Positions 1 through 11,450 are shown, numbered from the stretch's first letter. The stretch is 40,172 nt of DNA from Octopus sinensis (GCF_006345805.1 NW_021835431.1:1-40172); one strand, 5' to 3'. The notes: a model not told the origin generated them from the letters alone. Program-made: numbers and translations.

Positions 1-120
1 ACGGAATATTCCCCTTCCTCAGCTGCCCCTGGTTCGACTCAAAGCGTATATATACACACACACACACACACACATATATACATATAAATATGTATATATA
101 TATATATATATATATTTATA

Positions 121-330
121 TTCTTTTATTCTTTTATTCTTTTACTTGTTTCAGTCGTCTGACTGCGGTGATCCTGGAGCACTGCCTTGAATGACTTTTA
201 GTCGAACAAATCGACCCCAGGACTTATTCTTTGTAAACCTAATACTTCTTCTATCAGTCTCTTTTGCCGAACCGCTATTTTACGGAGACTTAGACACGCC
301 AATATCGATTGTCAAGCGATGGTGGGAGGA

Positions 331-403
<73 letters not shown>

Positions 404-565
404 GATGGGCTTCTTTCAGTTTCCGTCTACCAAATCCACTTACAAGGCTCAGGTCAGCTCGAGGCAATAGTAGAAGACACTTGCACAAGGTGCCACGCAG
501 TGGGAATGAACCCGGAACCATGTGGTTGGTAAGCAAGCTTCTTAGCACACAGACACTCCTGCGCC
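121..565 (-). mobile_element. tRNA-derived SINE, family A/B (tRNA head + CORE-like segment + internal CA/TA microsatellite + ~200-bp tail)
   Basis: Minus strand starts GGCGCAGGAGTG; B-box-like GGTTCATTCCC. Tail ends ACTGAAACAAGTAAAAG, as in about 12 other copies in the window. Confidence 0.85.
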
Positions 566-580
566 TATATATATATATTA

Positions 581-861
581 TTAGCAAACGCCCCTCATCC
601 ATTGGACGGTTTGTATAGGTGAAAAGGGTTAACTTGGACAGTATTATGTAAGTTTTAATCATCCGATGGACAGGCCATAACAATGCAAAACTAGCGATTC
701 TCACTTTGAAACTGACAATTTTGAAAATCGTTTTAGATTACGGAAGGCCCCGCTCTCTCATGTATCCATGTTTGAAATGTCAGCGCGATCAGACGAACAA
801 TACTCGAGTTATAAGCGCACAAAAAACAGACAGACAGACAGAACGGGATTTATATATTAGA
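581..861 (-). mobile_element. Non-autonomous Helitron
   Basis: Minus strand begins A|TCTAATATATAAATCCCGTTCTGTCTGTCTG and ends with a subterminal hairpin then CTAA|T (TC...CTRR in an AT target). Confidence 0.65.
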
Positions 862-974
862 TTACAATTATTTGCCTTAGGCACAGCGATGCTAATTTCC
901 TGATTTTTAGAACACATTATTCATTTGCTTTTTCGATGGTAATGCATTCTGCTTATATATTTTCTTTTAATTCT

Positions 975-1358
975 TTCGCTTTTATTTCTTTTAGTCAGTA
1001 GACTGCGACCATGCTGGGGCACCACTTGGAAGAATTTTTAGTCGAATGTACCGACGTCAGAACTTTTTTTTAAAGCCGAGTACTTATCTGTGTTTTTTAT
1101 CGAACCGCTAGCTTACGGGGACATGAACACACCAATACCGGTTGTCAAGCGGTGGGGCTAGAGGCAAGCACAAACACAATCACGCGCACACACGCACACA
1201 AGAATATATACAACGGGCTTCTTTCAGTTTTCGTCTACCAAATCCACAAGGCTTCGGTCGGCCCGAGGCAATAGTATGAGACTTTCCCGAGTGCCACGCA
1301 ATGGTACGAAACCCCGAACCATATGGTTGAGAAACAAGCTTCTTACCACTCAGCCACG
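975..1358 (-). mobile_element. Diverged SINE family A/B copy
   Basis: Aligns by eye to head and tail of the younger copies (gactgcgaccatgctgg; cttctttcagttttcgtctacc). Confidence 0.75.
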
Positions 1359-1372
1359 TTTATGCCTATACA

Positions 1373-1437
<65 letters not shown>

Positions 1438-1496
1438 GTGTCTGTGTGTGTGCGAATGTAAATACTTTCCTACATAAAATTACACTTCATTTTTGA

Positions 1497-1577
1497 AGCT
1501 CCGATGAAGCCATAGAGTGATACCCTAGCACTCAACTATGAGTGCATTGCAACTTACAGTAGAAACAGCCGTAAGCT
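1497..1577 (+). ncRNA. Degenerate type I hammerhead-ribozyme-like motif with long stem II
   Basis: AGCU-CCGAUGA-A-(53 nt)-A-GAAAC-AGCC-GUA-AGCU. Stem I AGCU/AGCU; core has U4>C. Confidence 0.4.
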
Positions 1578-1710
1578 AATGAAGTTCATGATATAATTTA
1601 TTCCCTTGTCATTTAATATACATACATAGATACATACATACATACACACACACACACAGATACATACATACGTACATACATACATACATACATACATACA
1701 TACACACACA

Positions 1711-1766
<56 letters not shown>

Positions 1767-1780
1767 AATATATGATAGAT

Positions 1781-1985
1781 CGCCATGATAGATCGTTAGC
1801 CACTACGCACATTTGTTTCTCTCCTTGTTTCTCTCCTTGTTTTTTCTGTGTCCCTTTCTGTAGAAGAAGAGCGGAGGCTCGAAACGTAAAAGACTTTTTT
1901 CTATTCCTGAGCTTTATACTAATACATCTGTTTGTTTTGTACACCACCTGTCTTCGTCATTTGTTTTTTTCGTAAACTCTCCCTA
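1781..1985 (+). mobile_element. Penelope-like pLTR-type short repeat with minimal hammerhead-like motif (copy 1)
   Basis: GUCCCUUU-CUGUAGA-(AGA)A-GAGC-GGAG-GCUC-GAAAC-GUA-AAAGAC at 1850-1894. Second copy at 9895-10085, tail fragment near 25090-25150. Confidence 0.6.
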
Positions 1986-2034
1986 TATACATACATACAA
2001 TACATACATATATAATATATTATATATATATAAT

Positions 2035-2078
<44 letters not shown>

Positions 2079-2399
2079 GCACATACACACACAGATGGGC
2101 AAATAGATAAAGGTAAAGAAATGGGTAGAAAAAGAGATAAAAGGCTCCATAGATAAATAAATATTTAGACAGATGCACAGAGAGGATAGATACTCTGAGA
2201 GCCAGATGGATTAATGAATGCATAATAGCACCAGAGCTTCAGTGCAGCGCTGCATACGTACACTGGTAACTAATTAGTCGATGCAGAGATGCAACGGTGA
2301 GCAGGTGTGAAAGAACGTGATTCTCTGTAGTCTGTCATGCGTGTACACTTCAATTAAAGCATGAATTATGAATATACAGTTGAGTGGAGATATCTCAAA

Positions 2400-3045
2400 C
2401 ATGTGTGTGTGTGTGTGTGTATGTGTGTGTGTGTGTATGTGAGTATGTGTGTATGTAGAGTAATGTGGTGGATGTATACTGGTGTAAAGCAAACGTATGC
2501 GTGTTTGTGTGTGTGTATACATGTGCATGGGTGCAGTGTTTGTGTGCTCATGTGTTTGTAGAGTGCATTCATATGTGTGTGTGTGTGTGTGTGGCTGTGT
2601 GCCAGTGAGTGTCTATGCGCGTGCTTGTATGTGTGCGTATGCGTATGCATGTGTGTGTGTGTGTGTGTGTGCAGTTTTGCTTGTATGTATGTATGTATGC
2701 GTGTATATATATGTAGTGTAGTATGCGTTTATATTCGTTTCTCGTTTCTGTTTTTTCAGAATACCGAAGTTATATTTATGGCTCACTCGCATTTCTATAC
2801 CTTGAACACACATACACGCACAATCTTACGCATGGGTACTTCTATGTATGTATGTATGTATGTATGTATGTATGTATGTATGTATGTATGTATGTATGTA
2901 TGTATGTATGTATGTATGTATGTACGTACGTACGTATGTATGTATGTATGTATGTACGTACGTACGTACGTACGTATGTATGTATGTATGTATGTATGTA
3001 TGTATGTATGTATGTATGTATGTATGTATGTATGTATGTACGCAT
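2400..3045. repeat. (TG)n and (TATG)n microsatellite tracts
   Basis: Direct inspection. Confidence 0.95.
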
Positions 3046-3571
3046 CTATGTATGCAAAAATTTCTCACTAAAGCCAAGAGAAAAAGATGTTTTATAAACA
3101 CATTCTACCAGTATACGCAGTTTAAAAGTGTTTAGTTACATGGAAATTATTTTAAAATCTGCCGGTCAAAGCGAAAAGATCCTTAAGAAATAATATAGAA
3201 TGGATAGGTTAACACGAAATAAAATGTTTCATAATGGTGCAATGCATCCAAAGACAAATGTTACAAGGCCATATATACAGTGGAACGTAGGAGGACGAAG
3301 CCTTATAAATGTGAAAGACTGTGAGAATAGTGAGAACTGTGAGACTGCAGGTCTTTAGTTTTGTATTTGGCTAGTAGAAGAAAAGAACTTTTAAGGCGTG
3401 TTGCCAGAAGCAGAGGCTAATGCATTGAAGCTATTGAAATTAAGACGAATTACAAATAGAGGCTGCTGGTTGAGAAACTGAACGCGAGGGAGGGTGTGGA
3501 ATTACACGGTCAATTCGAAAGACGGACGAAAGAAACAGAAGCAGAAACTGCATGGAATTGTCTGACAAAGA

Positions 3572-4536
3572 AGGCGGCGAGCTGGCAGAGACGTTAGCAC
3601 GCCGGGCGAAATGCGTAGCCGTATTTCGTCTGCCGTTACGTTCTGTGAATTCCGCCGAGGTCGACTTTGCCTTTCATCCTTTCGGGGTCGATAAATTAAG
3701 TACCAGTTACGCACTGGGGTCGTCGTAATCGACTTAATCCGTGTGTCTGTCCTTGTTTGTCCCCTCTGTGTTTAGCCCCTTGTGGGTAGTAAAAGAAATA
3801 CATATTTCGTCTGCCGTTACGTTCTGAGTTCAAATTCCGCCGAGGTCGACTTTGCCTTTCATCATTTCGGGGTCGATAAATTAAGTACCAGTTATGCACT
3901 GGGGTCGACTTAATCGACTTAATCCGTGTGTCTGTCCTTGTTTGTCCCCTCTGTGTTTTGCCCCTTGTGGGTAGTAAAGAAATAGGTATTTCGTCTGCCG
4001 TTACGTTCTGAGTTCAAATTCCGCCGAGGTCGACTTTGCCTTTCATCCTTTCGGGGTCGATAAATTAAGTACCAGTTATGCACTGGGGACGACGTAATCG
4101 ACTTAATCCGTGTGTCGGTGCTTGTTTGTCCCCTCTGTGTTTAGCCCCTTGTGGGTAGTAAAGAAATAGGTATTTCGTCTGCCGTTACGTTCTGAGTTCA
4201 AATTCCGCCGAGGTCGACTTTGCCTTTCATCCTTTCGGGGTCGATAAATTAAGTACCAGTTATGCACTGGGGTCGACGCAATCGACTTAATCCGTGTGTC
4301 TGTCCTTGTTTGTCCCCTCTGTGTTTAGCCCCTTGTGGGTAGTAAAGAAATAGGTATTTCGTCTGCCGTTACGTTCTGAGTTCAAATTCCGCCGAGGTCG
4401 ACTTTGCCTTTCATCCTTTCGGGGTCGATAAATTAAGTACCAGTTATGCACTGGGGTTGATGTAATCGACTTAATCCGCGTGTCTTTCCTTGTTTGTCCT
4501 CTCTGTGTTTAGCCCCTTGTGGCCAATAAAGAAATA
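3572..4536 (+). mobile_element. SINE family D multimer: one tRNA head + 5 tandem ~184-bp bodies
   Basis: Units start at 3622, 3803, 3987, 4171, 4355. 18-bp TSD GGAATTGT(C/T)TGACAAAGA at 3554-3571 and 4537-4554. Confidence 0.92.
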
Positions 4537-4781
4537 GGAATTGTTTGACAAAGAGTGATCTTAAGAGGGGGACGGAGATTTTGTCTGGGGTTACTCAGGG
4601 TTAAGTACTAATCAGAAACTCGATGAGGCATATGAAATAAATAAGTGAAATATATAAGTGTTGGTTATGTGAGAAGAAGATGGAAAGTGCGGCTCACATC
4701 ATGCGTGTCTGTGAAATGCTTACGCAGAGGCGTCTCGTTAAAATGTGCTTAAACAGCTATTAGTCTTTATGCAAGATATAT

Positions 4782-5086
4782 ATTGTTTGTTCCTTCTCGA
4801 GCCATGCCTGGCTCATAAGGGCCGGTTTCCCGGTTTCCTTGGCGTATAGGTTCCCCACCAGGACGGGATGCCGGCCCGCCGCAGGTGAGCAGCAAGTTGC
4901 AGGAGGAAAGAGTGAGAGAAAGTTGTGGCGAAAGAGTCAGCAGAAGTTCGCCATTACCTTCCGCTAGAGCCGCGTGGAGCTTAGGTGTTTCGCTCATAAA
5001 CACACACATTACCCGGTCTGAGATTCGAACCCGCGATCCCTCGACCGCGAGTCCGCTGCTCTAACCACTAGGCCATGTGCCTCCAC
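4782..5086 (-). mobile_element. tRNA-derived SINE, family C head with alternative (V-domain-like) tail
   Basis: Head GGAGGCACATGGCCTAGTGGTTAG..GGTTCGAATCTC. TSD CAAGATATAT at 4772-4781 and 5087-5096. Confidence 0.85.
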
Positions 5087-5654
5087 CAAGATATATGGGT
5101 TTCCAACCACTGAGAAATGGTATCAGCCAAAAAATCCAGAGTAGGTTCTAGAAAATCAGACAGTGAAAATTCTTGACACCTTACAATCCTGATATGAACA
5201 GTTCTTGAACATAAGCGAAACATAACATTGGTGGAGAAAGGTTTGTTGATAATTCTAGCTTGCCCAGGAGATCATTGCATCAATGGTAATGAAAACGAGA
5301 AAACCGTAAAATATGCAGATTCGATAATTGATGTCGAGGGAATGTGGAATATGAAAGCAAGAATGGTACCAATTATGTTTGGAACATTGTAATAATAAAT
5401 ACCCTGATGCAATACCAGAAAGTACCGATCTTAACTCATTAGAAATGTTATCACGTACATGTTTTGTCTTGGTGGAAAAGATGAGCTACAGCAAATACCA
5501 CAAATACCTGCTTAATACCACAGGTTTGTTTGTCAGTTGATTAACCATAACCAGCTGAGCATGTCCCTTAGTGGCTAATGATATGTACATCTGTGATCAC
5601 GAGCAGGGAGCAGGTGTAGAGTGTCACTTTGATGGCATGCACAACTCTCTCACT

Positions 5655-5678
5655 CAATAATAATAATAATAATAATGA

Positions 5679-5727
<49 letters not shown>

Positions 5728-5771
5728 AATAATGATAATAATAATAATAATAACAATAATAATAATTTAAC

Positions 5772-5812
<41 letters not shown>
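5655..5812. repeat. (AAT)n microsatellite
   Basis: Direct inspection. Confidence 0.95.
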
Positions 5813-5818
<6 letters not shown>

Positions 5819-6264
5819 TTAAAATAATCAAATGTACCGTATGTAATATCAGAGATGGTGAAATACCTTGGGATTTCATATATTCAGAGTTGGAGTTTCA
5901 CTTACCTGAAAAAGAAAAATGAAAAAAGTTAATAATGATAATGATGGTGATGATGATGATGATGATAATGGTGGTGGTGGTGGTGTGACGGTGATGGTAG
6001 TGGTGATGACAGTGATGCTGACAATGCACTTCACTCGTACTTTATTTTATCGATCTCGGTGTGATTTGATCTCAAAGAACTGGGACAAATAGAACGAAGC
6101 ATTTTGTCCGATGCGCCAACCATCATAAATACCACCAACACCATCATCAACCACAACGACGGCGACCACCACCACCACTTTTACAACAACAACAACAACA
6201 ACAACAGCAACAACAACAACAACAGCAACAACAACAACAACAGCAACAACAACAATATTAATTA

Positions 6265-6958
6265 ATCATTTCGAATTCAGACACAATGCCAGCAATTTCC
6301 GGGAGGAAATTAAACGACTAGGGTCAATTACAACGGCCCCCGGTGCTCAGCTGGTACTTATTTATCGACCCCCGAAAGGATGAAAGATTAAATAGACACC
6401 GGTGACATTTTCAATTTGAACTTAAAGGTGAACAAAGTGTCCCTAAGCATTTTGGCTGGCGTGCTAGCCATTCTACCAGCTCGCTAAATTAGAAATAGCA
6501 AGGATTTCAAATTTTGGTACAAAGACAGTAATTGGGTGCGGGGGTAGGGGGGGTAGCAACTAATTACATCGATCCCTGTGCTCAACTGGTACTTATTTTA
6601 TTGACTCTGAAAGGATGAAAAACAAAGTCGACCTCGTCGGAATTTGAACTCAGAACGTAAAGACAAACGAAAATGCCTCTAAGCATTTTGCCCGGCGCGC
6701 TAACGACTCTACCAGGTCATTATTGCCTTGACAACAATAATAACTATGATTTCAGATGTTGGCTCAAGGACAACAATTTAAGGGGAAAGGGGAGGGGGTA
6801 AGTGTATCACGTAGATTCCAGTGCTTATCGACCCCCCCGAAAGGATGAAAGGCAAAGCCGACCGCGGCAGAATTTGAACTCAGAACGTAAAGACGGATGA
6901 AATGTCGTAAAGCATTTTGCCCCTTCCTGCTAACGACTCTATGAACTTGCCACCGTAA
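6265..6958 (-). mobile_element. Three head-to-tail older D-related SINE copies
   Basis: Three repeats of gatttc..ggcacaagg-like tail / cgaaaggatgaaa core / aagcattttg..gctaacg head at about 6265, 6497 and 6747. Confidence 0.7.
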
Positions 6959-6972
6959 CAACAACAACAACA

Positions 6973-7004
<32 letters not shown>

Positions 7005-7007
7005 GAC

Positions 7008-7602
7008 AAGAACGCCTCCATCATCCACCTCTACAAGCGAAATGGAAGCCATCAGGTCTACGACAATTATCGCGGTATTTCATTGCTGTCCATCACAGGC
7101 AAAATCCTGGCTAGAGTTTTGCTCAACCGCCTCATTGCACACCTACAGCATCCACGAGGCTCCGGTAGGGGGTGGTGGCGACCCCTGTTGTACTCTTTCG
7201 CTCCAACTTTTTCTCACTCTTTCTTCCTGTTTCTTGTCCCCGACATCCTACGCAACCGCTGAACCTGGATGCGCATTCATTCATCCAATCTGTCGATGCT
7301 CTCGGTGTCGGGAGTTGACCTGCTTTCTCTTCTGCGGGTCTTACGAATAGCAAAGGACCACGTTTCGGACTTCTCCCACTACAGACTATCCTGAGGCGCG
7401 ATCTTGCGAGCTCTAGGACGAAGACTGCTTCGCTCAACAAACAAACACCTAGAGCAGGATCTCCTACCTGAGAGCCTGTGTGGCTTCCAGAAAGAGTGTG
7501 GGAGTATCGACATGGTGTTTGCTGCTAGACAGTTGCAGGAGAAGTGGCGGGAGCAAAACGTCGACCTTTACTCCACCTACATCGACCTGACCAAGGCCTT
7601 TG

Positions 7603-7604
<2 letters not shown>
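7008..7604 (+). pseudogene. RTE-clade LINE reverse transcriptase fragment split by a SINE
   Basis: KNASIIHLYKRNGSHQVYDNYRGISLLSITGKILARVLLNRLIAHL | HLEQDLLPESLCGFQKECGSIDMVFAARQLQEKWREQNVDLYSTYIDLTKAFD: typical RTE RT domains 0-3. Confidence 0.9.
7151..7444 (+). mobile_element. 5'-truncated SINE (family C central segment, distinct tail)
   Basis: TCCACGAGGCTCCGG..CTGTTGTACTCTTTC shared with family C. TSD ACACCTA(C/G)AGCA at 7139-7150 and 7445-7456; (AAC)-type tail. Confidence 0.8.
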
Positions 7605-7643
<39 letters not shown>

Positions 7644-7671
7644 CACCACCACCGCCGCCGCCACCACCACC

Positions 7672-7723
<52 letters not shown>

Positions 7724-7745
7724 AGATTTTTTTTACTATAAGCAT

Positions 7746-7978
7746 AAGGCGGCGAGCTTGTAGAAACGTTAGCACGCAGGGTGAAATGCATAGCTGTATT
7801 TCGTCTGCCGTTACGTTCTGAGTTCAAATTCCGCCGAGGTCGACTTTGCCTTTCATCCTTTCGGGGTCGATAAATTAAGTACCAGTTTCGCATTGGGGTC
7901 GATGTAATCGACTTAACCCGTTTGTCTGTCCTTGTTTGTCCACTCTATGTTTAGCCCCTTGTGGGTGTTAAAGAAATA
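7746..7978 (+). mobile_element. SINE family D monomer
   Basis: AAGGCGGCGAGCT head, GAGTTCAAATTCC B box, tail ..AAAGAAATA. Confidence 0.9.
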
Positions 7979-7984
7979 TATAAG

Positions 7985-8200
7985 CACATGGCCTGAATTT
8001 TCCTTTTTGTTCTTGTGGCCAGGGTTAGTTGGTTGTATCGACCCTAGTACTCAATGGGTATTTATTTTCCCCACCTCGAAAGAATGAAAGGCAAAACACA
8101 ACCTTGGCGGGATAGGAGCATTGCATATAAAAAGCCGTAAAAAATGCCACTAAGCATTTTGTACGGTGGGCTGAAGAATTTTGCCAGCCTACCTGCTTTC
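7985..8200 (-). mobile_element. Old D-related SINE copy
   Basis: cgaaagaatgaaaggcaaa and ctaagcattttg motifs. Confidence 0.55.
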
Positions 8201-8372
8201 TGCCAATAATAGACTTTTAATATGCAATGCTAAAATATATTCCTGGAAAATCTATTTCGGTACTCGATAAATTTAGTGTGAAGTCAAATCACTCCGATTG
8301 ATATTACAATAATTCTTATCGAATTGTCTGATAGATATTGCACGGAAATATTTTCTTACAGTCATCGTCATA

Positions 8373-8671
8373 GGCGTAGGAGTGGCTGTGTGGTAAGTAG
8401 CTTGCTTACGAACCACATGGTTCCGGGTTCAGTCCCACTGCGTGGCACCTTGGGCAAGTGTCTTCTACTATAGCCTTGGGCCGTCCAAAGCCTTGTGAGT
8501 GGATTTGGTAGACGGAAACTGAAAGAAGCCCGTCGTATATATGTATATATATATATATGTGTGCGTGTATGTTTGTGTGTCTGTGTTTGTCCCCCTAGCA
8601 TTGCTTGACAACCGATGCTGGTGTGCTTATGTCCCCGTTACTTAGCGGTTCGGCAAAAGAGACCGATAGAA
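8373..8671 (+). mobile_element. SINE family A/B, 3'-truncated
   Basis: GGCGTAGGAGTGGCTGTGTGG A box, GGTTCAGTCCC B box. Confidence 0.9.
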
Positions 8672-8825
8672 TTTCGATGGGTGAATGAATTATCCTATGT
8701 TTACCGTTAACATGGAAAATTCAATGAACCGTTACCAGGGTAGCAAATTCATGTCAGAAACTCGGTTGAAGCGACCTATCCAAAAGTAGAAACTCCGGGT
8801 TAATGTGCAGTAATTTGTGAGGTAC

Positions 8826-9024
<199 letters not shown>

Positions 9025-9030
9025 GTATGT

Positions 9031-9262
9031 GTGTTGTGTGTTTGTGTGTTTGTGTGTCTGTGTTTGTCCCCCGAACGTTGCTTGACAACCGATGCTGGTG
9101 TGTTTACGACCCCGTAACTTAGCGGTTCGGCAAAAGAGACCGATAGGATAGAATAAGTACTAGGCCATACAAAGAATAAGTCCTGGGGTTAATTTGCTCG
9201 ACTAAAGGCGGTACTCCAGCATGGCCACAGTCAAATGACTGAAACGAGTAAAAGAGTAAGGA
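9031..9262 (+). mobile_element. SINE family A/B tail (headless) after a (TA)n tract
   Basis: GTGTCTGTGTTTGTCCCC..GACTGAAACGAGTAAAAGAG. Confidence 0.85.
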
Positions 9263-9894
9263 AAAATAGAGTACGGTATGTGCTTATGGGTAGATAGAAG
9301 GATAAATTGTAAGTTACATTTATCGTCTTATATATTTGTGTATGCGTGAGTCTTTGTGTGAGTGTGTGTGCGTAAGTGTGCGTGTGTGTGTGTGTTTTCG
9401 TGTGTGTATATACGTGTGTGTTCAAGGAAACGTACTTCTTCTCCCAACTCCTATTTTCTTTGCAACTCTTAATAAAGCTAATGGCCTCCAGTGTGTCCAG
9501 AGTGTTGTTGATAGCGGCGCCAGTCACGTGATTGCCTTGCCAAAATGTCTGTACTGTTCTTAGTAATGGCAGAAACTCCAATCGATCGATCATGTAATCG
9601 ATAAAGTAGCAAGACAGTTATTGCATACGTTATATTCATATACAAAACGTCAATACTTCAACAAATGTTCATAAATGAACGTGCAATAATATATATGCAT
9701 ACATACATATATACATACATATGTATATATTATATATATATATGTATATATGTATATATATATATGTGTATATATATGTGTATATATATGTATATATATA
9801 TACATATATATATACACATATATGAGGGTATATATATATATATATATATAATATATATATATATATATGAGGGTATTATATATATACCCTCAGA

Positions 9895-10085
9895 CGCCAT
9901 GATAGATCGTTAGCCACTACACACATTTTTTTCTCTCCTGTTTTCTGTGTCCCTTTCTGTAGAAGAGCGTAGGTTCGAAACGTAGAAGAATTTTTCTATT
10001 CCTGAGCGTTATACTAATACATCTGTTTGCTTTGTACACCACCTGCTTCGTCTTTTGTTGTTTTTTTTTCGTAAATCTCCATATA
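9895..10085 (+). mobile_element. Penelope-like pLTR-type short repeat with minimal hammerhead-like motif (copy 2)
   Basis: GUCCCUUU-CUGUAGA-A-GAGC-GUAG-GUUC-GAAAC-GUA-GAAGA at 9949-9989. Embedded in (TA)n. Confidence 0.6.
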
Positions 10086-10091
10086 TTATAT

Positions 10092-10128
<37 letters not shown>

Positions 10129-10736
10129 TATATATATATATATATATATAATATATATATATATATATACATATATATACATATACAAACGCATATGCAT
10201 GTATGTAAATCAATACATCGTATCATCTCGCCAAAGATGGCGATGTTACACAGTCACTCGACAAGCTAGAAATAGCTACTAAATATACTTCAGTTCACAT
10301 CCTATATCACAAAGAGAAAGACCATTTTAGATTAGTTTCAAGTTATCGTTTATGTCTTAAGTTTTCTGTCATCTGTCCGATGCCATGTTGGAGCTTCACC
10401 TTGTAATTTTTTTAGTCGAAGGAATCAATCCCAGTACTTATTCTATCGGTGTCTTTCGCCGAACCGCTAAGTTATGAGGTCGTAAATACGCCAACACCAG
10501 TTGTCAAGCGGCTGTAAAGGTAAAAAACACACCTGAAGAGACACATCTATACCGACGGACATTCCTAAGCTAGTTTTAAGTTTTCCAACCGTGAGGGATC
10601 AATAAATAGGTCGAAACTATTGTAGTGATTAATAAACATTCTCGTAGTTTTCCAATTCCGTCTCTCTATAAATAAATATATAATATATTATATATATAAT
10701 ATATATATATAATATATATATATAATATTATATATA

Positions 10737-10767
<31 letters not shown>

Positions 10768-10829
10768 ATATGTATGTATGTATATGTATAGGCGCAAGAG
10801 TGGCCGCGTGCTAAGAAGTAGGGAGAGGT

Positions 10830-10990
10830 TAGACGATGAGGTCGACCCCAATGTTCAACTGTTATCGATCCTGAAAAGATGAAGGGCAAAGTCGACCTCG
10901 GCGGAATTTGAACTCAGAGCATAAAAACGGACGAAATACTGCTAAGCATATTTTCCGGCTTGCTAACGTTTCTGCCAGATCGTCGCCTTT
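10830..10990 (-). mobile_element. D-related SINE fragment
   Basis: aaagtcgacctcggcggaatttgaactcag core. Confidence 0.75.
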
Positions 10991-11019
10991 TGTCATTGTA
11001 GCAGGAATGGGTGTATTGT

Positions 11020-11182
11020 AAGACGCTTGCTTCCCAACCACATGGTTCTGGGTTCAGTCCCACTGTGTGACACCTTGGGAAAGTGTCTTGTACTATAGCC
11101 TTGGGCTGACTAAAGCCTTGTGAGTGGATTTGAGTAGACGGAAACTGAAAGGAGCCCGTCGTATATATATGTTTATACATAC

Positions 11183-11214
<32 letters not shown>

Positions 11215-11415
11215 CTGTATGTATGTATATATTTGTGTGTCTGTGTTTGTCCCTCCACCATTGCTTGACAACCGATATTGGTATGTTTACTTCCCCACAA
11301 AAAACCAATAAAATAAGTACTGGGCTTACAAAGAATAAGTCCTGGGACCGATTTGATCGACTAAAGGTGGTGCTCCAGCATGGCAACAGTGAAATGACTG
11401 AAACAAGTAAAAGAA
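11020..11415 (+). mobile_element. SINE family A/B
   Basis: GGTTCAGTCCCACTG head segment, internal TA/CA tract, tail ending GAAACAAGTAAAAGA. Confidence 0.88.
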
Positions 11416-11450
11416 TATATATGTACATACATGCATACATACATACAACA

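Larger units (their letters stand above)
3200..5389 (+). pseudogene. R4/Dong-like non-LTR retrotransposon 3' relic (RT thumb, CCHC zinc knuckle, restriction-like endonuclease), split by two SINE insertions
   Basis: Manual translation: MDRLTRNKMFHNGAMHPKTNVTRPYIQWNVGGRSL; ELHGQFERR..AWNCLTKSDLKRGTE (in frame after removing the array and one TSD copy); KCWLCEKKMESAAHIMRVCEML; SLCKIYGFPTTEKWYQ; VLENQTVKIL; IILACPGD..ENEKTVKY..MWNMKARMVPIMFGTL. Many stops and frameshifts. Confidence 0.75.

Noticed and set aside
2760-2835. Strong acceptor TTTTTTCAG with a possible downstream donor
   Set aside because: Embedded in microsatellites, weak donor, low-complexity content.
3572-4536. CRISPR or tRNA cluster
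   Set aside because: Units are whole SINE bodies that also occur as dispersed monomers.
9425-9593. Possible minus-strand exon with a GTACGT donor
   Set aside because: Weak acceptor and no recognisable peptide.
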